The notes beneath the pieces were generated by a model, which searched no databases, was not told the DNA's origin, and saw only the letters and a list, made by a program, of their open reading frames with translations. This document shows, in pieces, positions 36,940 through 50,800 of a stretch of DNA of 64,000 nt. Location: positions 5,146,001 to 5,210,000 of the forward strand of contig JBLDXI010000015.1 in NCBI GenBank assembly GCA_047495785.1, read 5' to 3'. Every line of letters starts with the position of its first letter. Within the stretch, counting starts at the first letter, position 1. The stretch is from Lepidodermella squamata (Eukaryota; Animalia; Gastrotricha). The position numbers and the translations under genes were made by a program.

Positions 36940-37600
36940 TCATGCACAACCACTACAGTGTTCACAAGGAATATCAAGCACTGGTTCCGTCAGTTTATTG
37001 GTCTCGTCGTCGAGAAACGGATATTTCGGAGGATTCGACCTCACGAAGAAGTCGCTCGACCGAAGCCGCTCGTAGACCGGTTCTTGCAGCTTTTCTCGCG
37101 CGAACTTGATATCGTTAGCGATTGCTTCAATGAGCTCATCTAAAATAAATTCAAATAATAATAGGTACATCAACAACAACAACAAAACAGATGAACGAAC
37201 CAGTTGATGAGAAGTTTTTCTGTTCACGAATGTATCCAGCTAGGCATACGCGAAGCTCTGCACCGTAAAAGTCATCAGGAAAGCTCTGTAGAATGTGCAC
37301 TTCCAAAGTCCGCTTTGTATTTTTGTAAAACGGATTCCACCCAATGGATGCAACTGCAGGATACACCGTGATATTAGTGCAATCCGCTGGCGATGGATTG
37401 TCATTCGAATGTCCATTTTGTGCAGCCGCCGTCCCATTTTGAGGTCGAATGGATGCGAAACCAAAGTAAACACCGCACTGTACATTTTGTGGTAAATTTC
37501 CCACAACACAGTCCGGGAGGTTCGCGGTAGGAATGCCTAATTGTTTGGAGCCACGACCAAAGCCATGAACAACTGTGCCCCGAGCAAACAACGGCTGCAT
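36940..37600 (-). CDS. RFK: Riboflavin kinase, 2 exons (37600-37201, 37139-36940)
   Basis: GFGRGSKQLGIPTAN, SIGWNPFYKN, EVHILQSFPDDFYG; exon 2 DELIEAIANDI; 61-nt intron. Confidence 0.95.
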
Positions 37601-37787
37601 TATTTAATAGCTAATATAAATTACCTATTCAAAAAGGAGACACGAATAGTTGATTGTTGCTTTCAATTAGGCATCAAATACCACGAATGTTGCAGCCAGT
37701 ATAATAAATATCACACGATAACAGATAATAAATATCACAGATATATTCAATAATGAGATCATTGAAATCAGGCAACAAATAAAAACT

Positions 37788-39874
37788 CTACAGTTCAGGA
37801 ATGGCAGCGGCGTTATCCGCTGTGGTCGATGAGTTGAGCGTTCGACGAGCGATTTGCCTAACGCTTTGCGAGAAGATTCGCTTCGTTTCGTCAAGCAGAT
37901 TTTCAAACAATGCCAATTCTGATTTGCGTTGCTGCGCAGATTTTTCCAGTGCCAATCGGTACGATGCACGTTCTTCCTGTAGCACCTCAACTCTGAACAT
38001 TGAAAGGCGTTGAATTGATAGCTCAAGTTGTAAATTAATAAATCATACCTCGCTCGAAGATCTTCAAGCTCGTTAAGTGAGACTTCGGTACGATGGCGCT
38101 GACTCGCATCATTGCCACCGCGGCCGGTCGCTTTTTCCAGGTCGAGCTTCAATTTGCCGATTTGCTTTTCGTGTAGGGCTTGTTGCCGTCTGCTGGCCGC
38201 CAACTCAGCTTCAACGGCTAATTTTTCCTCAGTTAACTTGTCCAGCTGCTCATGCAGCAACCTAACTGTTTCAGAAAGTCGGGCGCATTCGAGACTCGAA
38301 GCTTGTTGCAACCCACGCAGCTCGACCACTTCACACTCAAGGTTCGTCAATGGCCCAGTAGTTTCCAAAGAGCCATTAGCTCGCACTCCATTGGCCGACC
38401 GACTACGTTCCAGTTCTTGCTGAAGTCGGTCGATTGTCGCTTCGAGTTCCGCTATCTTTCTGCTATCTGCTGAATTACGCTGAGCGCCACTTCGACTTTC
38501 GCTGCCATTCGCAACCTTCAATTTGCTCGTTGCGCGAGCCGAATCCGGCATTGTTAGAGCATTCTGACGAAGAGCTTCTTGCTGCTTCATTAACATTTGA
38601 ACAAATTCGTCATCATGGCGACTTTTGTCAAGAAGCTGTTCGACACGTTCCCGGAGGTTCTTAACATCTTCTTGAAGTGTTTTATTGCGAGCTTTTGAAG
38701 CAGCCAATTTCTGTTTTGCATCCTCAAGATCGCGCAAAGTTGCTTGCTTTTCGGCAAGAGAACGCTCTTGTTCAGCCCGGCGTTCTTTTTCGAGGCGGCG
38801 CAGCATTTCGACTTGACGAGTATTCGCAGCAGACTGCCGAGTCGACGTCTCTCCACCATTGATCAGCGAGTCAAAATCTCCCATGTCAGAATTTCCAACA
38901 GGTAGCCGCAAGCTTGCCGTTTCAGATAGTCCACCCAATTGTGCCTTCAAATCAGTCAACTTTTTCTGCAGCACTTGAATTTGCTGAGCTCGACCTTTCC
39001 AGCCTGGCTGACCGTCAGACCGCAGCAGGGCATGGATGTCGACCCCGTCGCCCACTTCTTGCGATAACACTTTCACTGCAACTCGAGTTTCACGTCGCGC
39101 TTCATCCAGCTGGTTACGAAGGTCTGTAACCCGAGCTTCCGCCTGTTTAGCACGATCGGTAGCCATCTTGAGGTCACTCTCCAATTTTTCCTCGTGAGTT
39201 GCAATCACTGCAGCCGGGAGAGCTTCGGTAGGCTTACTAGAAGCTCCTCTAGTGGTCTGCTCCAACTCTCGAACTTTCGACAGATAAGACTTGGCTTTAT
39301 TCTTCTCGGACTCGACTAAATTGGAAAATGAGGTAAAGTAATGTTCATCGGACAAGAGGAACAAAAATAACCTTCAGCAGTGAGCTCTCTAACACGCTTG
39401 CTAAGCTCAACAATTTTCACGGCCACAACCTCATTAGTAATACCAGTGACGCCTGAAAACAAGGTGTATTACAAATTGGTTATGGCAGCATGATCGAATC
39501 TTTAACATACCAACAGTTTCAGCTTCTTCGTTGAATTTTTTCATTCGCTTCAACTCGACGTCTTTCTCGCGCAACAAGTTATACAACCTGGCACATTCAT
39601 TTTTCAGGTTCTACAGCATTAATTGAAATTGTTGTCATTAAGAGATCAGAAAAATTTCACAGCAAAGCCAACTCACGCAAATTTGCTCATTCAAATGATC
39701 GACGAGTTCATCAGATAAGCCAAAGCCAGGTGCTTTGATATCGTTAGGTTTAGATGCAGTACGCAGTTGGAGATCATCGCCCGACCGTTCCATGCTGCTG
39801 GAACGTATAGCAGATCCCAACGGCTTCAACGCACCGTTATCTCGTTTTTGAGGTTCAGCACTTGATTTAGACAT
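37788..39874 (-). CDS. CCDC13: Coiled-coil domain-containing protein 13-like, multi-exon
   Basis: VAVKIVELSKRVRELTAE, VLSQEVGDGV, GWKGRAQQIQVLQKKL, HDDEFV, C-terminal LFENLLDETKRIFSQSVRQ. Confidence 0.85.
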
Positions 39875-42419
39875 TGGATCGTGTAATTTGTACTCTACTT
39901 ATTTTCAGTTACAATTTAGACATTGAAGGCGTCATCTTCTAAATAGAATAGTAAAATATAAGTACTCAAGCCATATAAATAAGTAGGATATTTCAGAGAA
40001 AATAAATATTATGAGGAAATAACCCTACATACGCGAGCTGCAAAACAACATTTTCAGATACCCAAAACCTTTTCACGAATGCGATCCGTTCACACTGAAC
40101 AAAATATCTATCCTGATGGACCACTCAGGAAATGAGTAGCTAGGGATACTCTTTGGATCATGTGGTAATTCGGTAAATACTAGTTACGTCCAAGACATCT
40201 AGGTCATATTATTTATAACTACTTATTACCCCTACAACTAATAGAATAATGGAAAATCGTATTGAATGTTTGGAAAAATTTACTCTTCTGAGTAGGTTGG
40301 GGGACACATATTTGGCTAAAATCCCCTACGTACTAATCAATCTTTCTTTTTTCAAAACCATCTTTCTCTTTCTACAGCTTCCAGTAGATTTCGCAGCGCG
40401 CAAAAATTGCGAAAATAATTTACAAATATTAATTGCGGATAATAATTAATTTGCTCATATAAATAAATACAGATTCGATAATTAAATAGTCAGCTGCCAA
40501 TTCAGTAACATACTAGTTTCGGTCTTGCAGCAGTATTAAAGAAGTTTTAAAGAAGGTAGAACATTTTGCTGCGTAGGAGGGAGGAGGATAAAAAAAGCAT
40601 GCGACATCCATAAGTCTTGAATCTGACTAGCAAAAACGGACTAGAAGAAGCAAATGTTCTAGCAGATAAATTCAGGATTCGAGGCTCGAGGCTCTCTTAA
40701 CGCAGGGATGCCATTTCATCGCAAATGATCGATCGAAAACACCAATCCTTCACCATCACCCTGAAGCATCACAAAAAAGCTTGCTTAGAAACATTCATTA
40801 ATTATTGACATTAATTATTCTTTTAATATTGCAGATGAACGTCATATCAAAATTTGATTTATTTTACATCTGATGATTACTTATTTAATGAAAATAGATA
40901 ATTAGCATATGGAGGGTATCAAAAACGAGAGGCTGAGCTAACGCAGGGGGCCAAAAACAGAGAATCGTGTCAGATTTTTCGTTGCCATACCCCTCCTCAC
41001 TTGGCTTGTGCAGGCGCTCACCGCTCACGTCAACGCCAAAGGCCATATGCGATGATCAAAAGCCGTTGACACTAATGGACCCGCAGCGCGCTGAAAGGTC
41101 AAAACGTGACCCCTCGGCCCTCGGCCCTCGTGGACATGAAAGATCACCCTCCTTTCCTCCCACTAAGTGTGACTGTTGATCATTTTGGAGCGAAGGGTGA
41201 ACGACGTCAATTGTCAACTACTTTGTACTTTGACTACTAGCAGCTTGACTGATACTTGATACAGGTAACTTTACTGTGGTGTCTTTTTGGCCGACTTGAG
41301 AAATAGTTTCAGAGGTTCAGAAAACTCCTAGAACTACGAACTCACGTTTGAAGGTTGAAGTATTTATATGCTTAAGCTGATCGATCGTCTTATGCGAATG
41401 CCTTTGCATGCATCTTTAATTTGAAGCGTTCACGTCTAAAACGCCTTGAGGACATCACTCATCACTACTCATTTCTTAACTCCTGACTCGACTGCAATCT
41501 GGAGAGGACTTTCGGCAAATCCTTACCATGTACATTTTGAATCTTTGTTCGAGATTTCGTTTTGATTCGAATCCAAATGGTCCAAATTTTGATCCTGTTG
41601 TCACTGAGAAGTATTTAATTTTTAATCCATCAACGTCTTTGATCTTTGAGGCGCGCTTACTGCGCAACAAATTGTCGATTCTTACTGTGACTGTGACTCT
41701 GCTACTTACAGAGCTTTTTTACTTTCATCAATTACCTACCTACAGTTGAAAGCGGAAGAATTTTCTTACAAAGTTAACCCGTTTTACTCATATTTTTATG
41801 CTGAATTTATTTATACTGAAGCTTGTCATGAAGAGAAACCGCACTGATCACTTTATCAGTGTCAAACAGGCGCAATGTGACCTAATTCCGAAAGAGTTTA
41901 TGGAGTGATTTTCTATGCGAGTACGAGGAATTTTCCGGCGTGACGCTAGCCAGTATGATTACTTTGTTGTTCGCAAATTTAGTTTTGCTTACTCACCAGG
42001 GCCAAGGCGGAATTGGTTCTACCCTGCTCGGTAGGTAGCGTTCATTATCTAAGGCACTGGAATCAGTTCAACTTACGCCCAACTACACCCAACGAATTGT
42101 ATGTTAAATGGAACAATTAATCAATTCATTATTTTGATAATTTGATAATTGATAAGTTATAATATCCAATCTGAAAATTTCTGATGTGAGTCTTCCTCCT
42201 TTTCCTATTATCTATTTCGCTAAATTAGAGATTGTATGAAGAACAGGCAACACATGCTAAAAAGTCTCTTAATCTTGCCGCAAGCTTGAGGGTATCAGAA
42301 TTTTCAAATTTATAGGTTGGAATAGCTCTTGTCGAAGCATTCGGCACATCGACGTGATTTTTCAACATTGGCTTCTTATTACATTGTGGAATTCGTTGCT
42401 TTAGTTAGCATTTTATAAA

Positions 42420-45400
42420 ATGAACGTTGTTCAAAATTTGATGGGAGGCGGAGCAACACAGAGTCTCGCTGACCGTCTTCAAGCCGCCAAATGCAGTATC
42501 ACAGGTCAAGGCTTGGCGAAAGCTGTTTCTAAGGCCACGACCGAGGAAATCATTGGTCCAAAAAGGAAACACGTAGACTGTATGCTTTCGACATTGCAAA
42601 TAGATTAGCAACCATTTATTGCCGGTTATTTTTCAAGATTTGGTACAATGCACAAATGAGCCAAATATCTCGATTCCGCAAATGGCGGACCTTCTCATGG
42701 ACAGGTCTAAACATGCTAACTGGGTTGTCGTTTTCAAATCTCTGACGACAATTCATAATGTCATGAACTATGGCAACGAGCGTTTTACTCAATATATTGC
42801 ATCGAACAACTATTCCTTCAACCTGTCAGCATTCACAGACAAAACCTCACAACAAGGTAATAGGCTTTATTTATTTCATCGAAGTTATTATCATTGAATT
42901 CGATGGCAAGGGTACGACATGTCGAATTTTATTCGGCGATATGCAAAGTATATCAACGCCAAAGCAACTTCCTACCGCGAAATGGCCTTCGATTTTTGCA
43001 AAATTAAACGAGGGTTTGTGACTTGAAGAATAATTATTTGTGCTTGAACATGATTATGCTTTTGTTTATTTTAGGAAAGACGACGGTGTTCTGCGGACGA
43101 TGCCGACTGATAAACTGTTGAAAGCCATGCCGGTTTTGCAACAGCAAGTCGACGTTCTTTTGGAATTCGAAGCCAGCCCCAGCGATCTGACGAACAGTGT
43201 AATTAATGCGGCTTTTATGTTGCTTTTCCGCGATTTGATACGCCTGTTTGCGTGTTACAATGACGGCATAATCAACACTCTGGAAAAGTACTTTGACATG
43301 AACAAAAAGCAATGCCGAGAGGCTCTCGATATTTATAAGAAATTCCTTGCTCGAATGGACAAAGTGGCAGATTTCTTCAAAGTAGCAGAAAAAGTCGGTA
43401 TCGACAAGGGCGAAATTCCTGATCTCACCAAAGCGCCTGCTAGTCTCCTTGAAGCCTTGGAGCAGCATCTTCAGTCCTTAGAAAGTAGGAAAGGTGGTCG
43501 TAAGGGGGGTCCTGGGGCCCTTCCCGAAGCCACATCTGCCGCTCCGACGTCGACAAGTAACTATTTTAAATTCTTGCTTAGCCTCCATTACCATAGTTTT
43601 TTCAACAGCCACTAGCAGCGCTCCTCTAACTGACGAAGCACGGCGTTTGGCGGCTCTCGAAGAAGAACAACAGCACTTGAGCCGGTTGGAGAAACAAAAA
43701 GGGGGTTCTGGTAATCACACTCCCTCAGCTGCTGGCCCAGCAGCAAGTGCCGCTGCTCCTGGTAATACCGGTGATTTGCTAGGTATGTTTTAGAATATGT
43801 TTTTATGAATGCATAAAAATGGGCTTTCTTTTGCTTTGTAAACTGACTCGGCTTCTTGAATCACCATAAACGGTGGCTAACTTGAATATATTTATTGTGT
43901 AGCTCGCCCGCGTAATACAGGATTCACAGGTTCGTTCATTTGGGTGATTTCTAATGATCGAGGGTTTTTTTACTACTATTACTGCTGATACTGTAACTAC
44001 AATTCTTTCATTTCAATGCAATCGCATTCGATCAATGCACGGCCTGTTAACTTGATACTACTCATACTGCTACTATTCGCAAAGCCGAGATGCGTGTTCT
44101 GTTTATTTGCGTGATGATTAGACCAAGGCGTGTGACTCGTTCCTAGCAAACCCAATAATCGATAATAGCAAGTGCTGCTTAACATAAAAAATGCCGCGTT
44201 GAACAGCGCAGGCTGGCAAAACATAATTAATATACATGGCGCATTCACATCATTATTTCAAGTTGATTTTGGACTCAACCTGCGTTGCGATCAAAGTTGC
44301 GCATTTGGCTGTGTGGGTGTGTAAGCTCTGGGTGGTTTTGCACGCTTTTTCTGACCGCAGCTACGTTAAAAAAGCTACGAATTTTCTTGGTGAAATGACG
44401 GGAAATAACGGAACTTTGCACGCTTAACTTCAGTAACAATGACGATGAACATCGCAGTTCAAAGATGATGACCATGAAATTAATTGAGGGTGATTTTTGC
44501 TTGTCAAGGTCTGGGATTCGATGCTGCTCCTCCGAAAGCGGCAGAACCTGCCCCGGCACCGGAGTCTGAGTTGTTACAGATGAATAAAAACTCGGCATTC
44601 GACTCTATTCTGGCCGCCTACAACCAACCACCGGTGCGTCCAGCCCAACCCGCTGTCATGGGAGCTCAGTTCCAGGCGTTCATGCCCGTAGCAGCTGCAC
44701 CTCCGCCAGCGTCAGCGACAAACCCGTTCATGGTCGGCAACATCACCCCTCAGTCTCAGGTGGCTCCGTCATGGCCCCCCGCCTTCCCCATCGCGGCTGC
44801 ACCCCGTGAGTTGGCTTTTCCTTTACGTTTTAGTTTGCTAATCAAGTCTTGCCGTGACAAATGTTGATTGACTGATATAATGTGTCTGTGTGGTTGTGTG
44901 TTAGCTTCTGAAGGAGCGCCCACTGACAATGCTGGCACAGAGGCGCCGCCAACTGAAGCCGGAGGTGGTTTGAATCTTACAGCCTTAACTTTCAGTTTTT
45001 ACTCTATTTGTGTCTTATTACTAGTCTGTCATAAACTGTGTTCGTCTGTAAAATTTATTTATTTATGTACGATAAATTTCATCTCCCATTGCACGCTGTC
45101 CGTTGATTAAAAGTCGCGCCTTTCGAAATCAACGCGTGAAGCAGTGTATAGGAAGTCACGTTACATCTGCTAAGTTTTGTTCCATCTCAGCTGAACATTT
45201 CATATGTGGGATACACTAAATTTCAACGCGCTTTGAAAATTCTTAGTGCATGGCGGGGAAACTCGGCTTCGAATGGCTTCAATGAATGCGTAACATTTAC
45301 ATCATAGACAAGTATTGTGTTCCCTGATGATAAACCCAATGTTTGTCTCATTATTATTCGAACGATTCACAATCGGAACAACTTGTTGATTCATTTTCGA

Positions 45401-45886
45401 TTTTTTTCAGATCCAATGGGAGCGCCCGCCGGTATGGGGTTGCGCCCGCCAACCTCGAATCCGTTCCTGTCTCCGTCGATGGATAGCCTCATCACCGCCA
45501 GCAGTGCTGGCCACTGTAAGTTTGATTCGCTTAGCTCGCTTTGCGTGCTTTGATTAACAACGCTACTAACCAAATGCCCGCTTACAGCTTCCACCGGCCC
45601 TGACGCATCTCTTTTCACTGCAGTCGGCCCTGACCCGTTCGGCTCAATGCTACAACCGACTCCTGCCGCGGGCACCCCGACGACCGCGCAAGCCGCGCCT
45701 CTTCCGTCTAGCGGCAGCCTGAACTACTTCAACGGCAGCAGCGGAAACCTCGATCAGACCCTGGCGACCCTAGCCAGCAGTCTGACGCTAGCGCCCACCT
45801 CGGCCGTCACCGCGAAACCAGCCTGGGGCGCACCGAGCGCCTCAACCGGCATGGCTGCCTCGAAAGACCCCTTCGGCGATCTCTGA
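42420..45886 (+). CDS. PICALM: Phosphatidylinositol-binding clathrin assembly protein (AP180/CALM, ANTH domain), multi-exon
   Basis: [67 protein letters not shown]; NPF/DPF motifs; ends KDPFGDL*. Confidence 0.95.
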
Positions 45887-47864
45887 GCAGCGGCTTTTAC
45901 CAACCACAGTGAACCTATCGAGGGAAGTAATTCTACTGCAGCTTTGGCGCGAACAGAAATGGACGTTACTTTTTACAAATATTAAACTACAGCGAGCGAC
46001 TTCGTACTTTATTTTAATTGATGATTATATTATTATTAATATGTATGTTGCGTCGAAAATCGTGTTCGTATCTTTCACTCATGGCTTGATTGTTCGGACA
46101 GCAAATGCGTTGCCACTGCGTAAAAGCATGTCTTCGTCAGCCTAGCTTTTCTAATTTCTGTGTTGTGAATTAATGCTTAATACAAAACTCTGTTCCACGA
46201 CCTGATCGTTTGCCACCGTCGTTTTTCTATGTCATCAACTTATATGCTCGAGCGGATGACGCCAGTCAATCAGCGCCATCGTTAACTTTAACTACGGCAA
46301 GAAACCAAATTACTAATAATTGAAATTTGAGATACCAGTTTAACTCGCCATCATTACCAATTCACCATTTGTGTTGATGATGGTTCTACGGCTGAGAACC
46401 TAACAAAAGTGTGTTAAAATATTCGATATGCGATGATTTGCCTCTAACTCTTGTTGCATCAACGGCGGCTACTCCGTGTGAATTTTACTACTTATTCTTT
46501 AAAACAGTTCAGACTCGACAAAATTTGCGAATCGTAAAACTACTATTTTTGTGTACGAACGTCTTCATGAGAAGTTATCTAACAGTGAATACTACAGCGA
46601 TTCCAAAGGCTTGTGCAATCGTGTTTTTCCGCCGTGCTTGGCAGAGCCCTTCGTAGCTGAAACGATCGTCGTCAGTCACCCGCGTGTCTCCTTTTTTAGC
46701 AGCATCGTTTATGCCATAATTTTTAATAATATCCTGTGTATTATCATTATATTATTATTATTGATGTTGATAATAATAATGATGTTGGACGATGATGATG
46801 ATGATTTTTCTTCTTCGACTGCGAAATTGCGGCGTGCGTTCTATCGATTTTATGTATCCTCGTCGAGTTTATGGTAGTAGCGCGTATTTTCCTGCATTCC
46901 GTTGCTCTTTTCGGGCGTCGTGCGCGTTTCAGGCACTTCTTCTCTGTCTATCTCTCGTGTTGTTTTTGGCGGGCGAGTGGTTGCAGTGGTCGGAGATGGC
47001 GACTGTTGTCCTCCCCGCTCCACTGCTGCTCTCGTCCAGCCCGCTGCTCGTGCGTGTCGGTGTAAATACGATGTCGTGGCGTGTCTGCGCAGTGATACAT
47101 TATATACTTACACTTCAAACTTCAACATAAACAGTTGCGATTCGTCGTGTAAAATGCTAACGAAACAACGTAAATTAACCGTCTTACAGAGCTGAGATAT
47201 TACAGAAAATAATCTTTGAATTCTATCTTCATAATAACAGAAACATTGAAAGTACGAAATTATACTTATTATATGAGAAATCGTAAAAACATCGCAGTTA
47301 TTCTTAAATTATATAAATCTTATTATATGAGAGCTCTATGGATAAATTTATGATATATCACAGATTTCTGAATATTGGAAAAATTATGGAGTTTTAGATG
47401 AATGCCTACGAGACACCGAATTTCTATCACGTTCCTTGTAGATGTAAATATCACCGATATACTTTGTCTGTCTCGATGCAGGTAATTTGCTATTACATTA
47501 CCTATTAATATTATTATTATTCTACCCGTAAAATGTTCTCCCTCGCGGTCAGAAATAAAAGCCTATGACAAATAGTGAGTTTTCATTGCTTGGTTGCGGA
47601 TCGATTGTACAAACTTCGATAGCCGTCAATTTGAACGTGGGATAAGAACCCGAAAACATTCTCCAATACATTTTATTACAAATTCATTGTTTAGAACTCG
47701 AAAATGCACACGAAAATACACTGGATGTACCTCAAACACATAATAGCTATAAGTACAATTTTCAAAAGGAAAAATTGGCATCCGGCCGCACGTAGTGCCA
47801 GTAATAATTATTGTTTCGACGAAAAATCTCTTGAAAATTTTTATAAAAATCAAAGACGCAAAAG

Positions 47865-50800
47865 CTAGCACAATTTTTTTGAGAGAAGGAAAACAGCGAG
47901 AGCTGCAAATAATGCCCAACTAGCATTTGCCCTCGTTGATGCACCTGCCTGAAGCCGTTGGGCACCAGCTTGCTGCTGATGAACAGCAGCTTCGTCGGCA
48001 GCCACAAATTGAAAGTACCTGTAACAGAAAACATTCGCTGTCGTCTAATCCCATAAAGAGAGAGCCGATTAATCTTACGCATCAAATCCGCGACCATCGT
48101 CACGGTCGTCACTGCGGAACGTCAGCAGGAGATGAGGCCAATTGCTGAAGATGCTACCGTGGGGTCGACGTGTTGAGCAATAGCGGGCGTGCTTCTTCGC
48201 ATCGCCGCCTTCGTCGCCCTGCGACAGCAGCTTCGGCTTCGTAACCACCGCTGACTCGCTGGCTGGGTACTCGATCTGAATATAGTCACCATCGCTGCAA
48301 CTGTTGATTATTTTACGATTAATAAGACTAAAAAGCTTTTCCTAATATTTTTGCATACTCTGTGGAAGTCGAGCGAACATCGAAGAATCCGAAAATCAGC
48401 ATGACGCGCTCGTTTACTCGGCCAATGAAATGGTAGGAGCAGCGCGAATTGCGAGGGTAGAAACCAGGATGGTTCACCGATGAAAAACTTCCATTGCTGG
48501 CCTGCCAGCTTCGAAACTTGAATTCGCAAACTATGGGGCAGAATGTAAATAATTCCCCTTTGTAAATTTACATTCACGTTACCCGGGCCAACCACGTCAG
48601 CGCTTTCAGCCGGCTTGGGCCTCGCGTCCTTTCCGCCTACCTCGCCAACGCCGCCTGTGTCGTCTGTATAAATGACAAATTTCGGACCATCGATTACTCA
48701 TTATCAGAACGAGAAGTAGTTACCGCGCTCTTCTTGCATAAATCGATACTGAAATTGATAGCCTCTCGAAAGCTGCTCAGGCAAGTTTGCCGTCGATCCA
48801 ACAGCGGCGGGCTCGGTTATGAAAAACAGCTCAAGTGACGATGTTGGAGACATAACTGCATACTGCGAGAGAGACCGAAAAAACAAATCGTCAATTAAAA
48901 CTGAATTATATAGGCTTGAGCTTATACCGGGCGCGTTTTGCCACAAAATTTGAGAGGATTCCCAGGTGCGGCAGGAAAAGATATTCTGATATGGTCCATT
49001 TGATCGCACATTAGTGCGACTGGTTGTTTGTTTGCAACTTGGCCAGGCCTAAAAGTTCATGTTATAACGAGAAAATAATGCAGTAGGCTCATGCGCACCT
49101 GCTGTCGGATGGTGATTTCAAGTCGAAATCGACGAATGTAATTTGGACCCTCATATTAGCAGCCTGCGTTCCAATTGCAGTAAATAGATATTTACAGACG
49201 GTGCCAGGCCTGTTGAATACAGTTTTACAATATGATAGGTAATTCAGTTAAAAAAATAGCTTACATTGGATAGTTATCAGGATATCCTGGCGAAGACACT
49301 ACGCCAACACTGCCCACATTGCTATTGCCGTTCGCCGCCGTCGCGAAGGTGATATTTCGATCGCAATCAGGAACAAACCAGACAGATTCATCTTGGTCTG
49401 TAACGAAAAATTGCATAATGGTAACGTGGGAAGTAATAGCGTGTCTCGATTTACAAAGCTTAATGTTTGACTTTATCTCCATGGATGGAATGCCTGACTT
49501 CTTAGGATTACCAATTGGAACGGCCAGGCAGATATTCTTAGCCATAATAGAAATAAAGCTTAGAAAGGTCATCATTTCCCACAGAAACTTCATTTTCGTG
49601 CGTTTTGCGGAAGCAAATTTCGAATTTTTAGCGCAGGATTAAAATGAAAAATCCAAGCTACTGCATCTTTTCAACCATGGCGGTAGCGTGAGTAAATCAA
49701 AAGTCAATGGCGATTTGAAAACTACAAATAGAAAGCTACAAGGCCAAGTCAAGCAGTCACTATAATGCGCGTGTATTCGCGATTTCTGTATTATATATTC
49801 TTACAAAGAGAGCAGCGCGCATGTTAATGATGCCGATGAGTGGTATCTTGGCCGAAGATGAGCCGACGGGTGTCAAAATCAGAAGCGCGTCGCTTAAATC
49901 GATCTGACACGACGCCGCAGCGATCTGTACACGCAACGAATATCAATTGGCTATTCATAGCAACCTGAATAATTGCTGGGTTGCTCCGTTAACGACCCAG
50001 CGCAACCGTCTTTCCGCAACGAAAAGTCCCTTTTTAATTCACCAAAATTACAGAAATGCTCGAGTAAGCAGTAGCTTGGAAACACACTATAATACGACGC
50101 CCTTATTACCCAGGAAATTTACGTCCACAAGCCACAAGGTCCAAAAGTGTACCTACACACCTCAATTGACGGCGTTGGGGACAGACATGTCAAGACACAT
50201 TTTAGCAAAAAACTGCCATCGTGAGTGTTTGGAAAGTCATGACGGCTGGTTTTTCTTATTTAAATTCAATCCATGAGACATGAGATGCAACAATAGTTTC
50301 AGTAATGTTCAAAAGTCGTTGCTGAGTGCTTTCAAACCCGGCTATATAACAGAAATTGACCGGCCCGCTTTATGGTGTACTTGTACTAATTTAACCTCGC
50401 TGTTGTATTGAATGCAAATTTTTGATAGATAAATTTTCCAGTGTACACCCGCGTCTCAAAAAGTGCACGCAACATGGTTTTTGGCATAGCAAATGCTTTT
50501 ATGGTTATGGTTTGTGGTTTTTTTTCCAAACATAAAGAGTAAAAGTTGCATACAGTTCTTGCTTTTCACCGCAAAGGAAGAAGAAGTAAGATAGAGAAGG
50601 AAGAGAGGAAGAATCGAAAATGCACACGCGTCTAACCTTCCAACTCTGGGTCCGGCGTAGTGATTGTGGGCTCTTCTTCGTCTTCAACAAAGTCTGTGGT
50701 CGTTGACAGCGGAGCTGTGGCTGTCGTTGTCGACGTAGACAAGCGTCGACGCGAAGTCACCCATTTCAACTGCGTCGTCGTTTGTTCCGAGATGGCTGGC

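Noticed and set aside
37667-39364. 565-aa ORF taken as a complete protein
   Set aside because: Its ends read through introns; it is the large internal exon of CCDC13.
40870-40900. Hammerhead ribozyme (CTGATGA...GAAA)
   Set aside because: Stem II closing pair and stems I and III cannot be formed. Other CTGATGA hits (30688; 29254 on the minus strand) lack a downstream GAAA.
42580-42637. U12-type intron in PICALM (GTATGCTTT donor)
   Set aside because: Mismatch to GTATCCTT and no TCCTTAAC branch site.
46792-47195. Overlapping ORFs in a GC-rich patch between PICALM and the CUB gene
   Set aside because: No consistent frame or homology; likely 3' UTR, though an alternative exon is not excluded.
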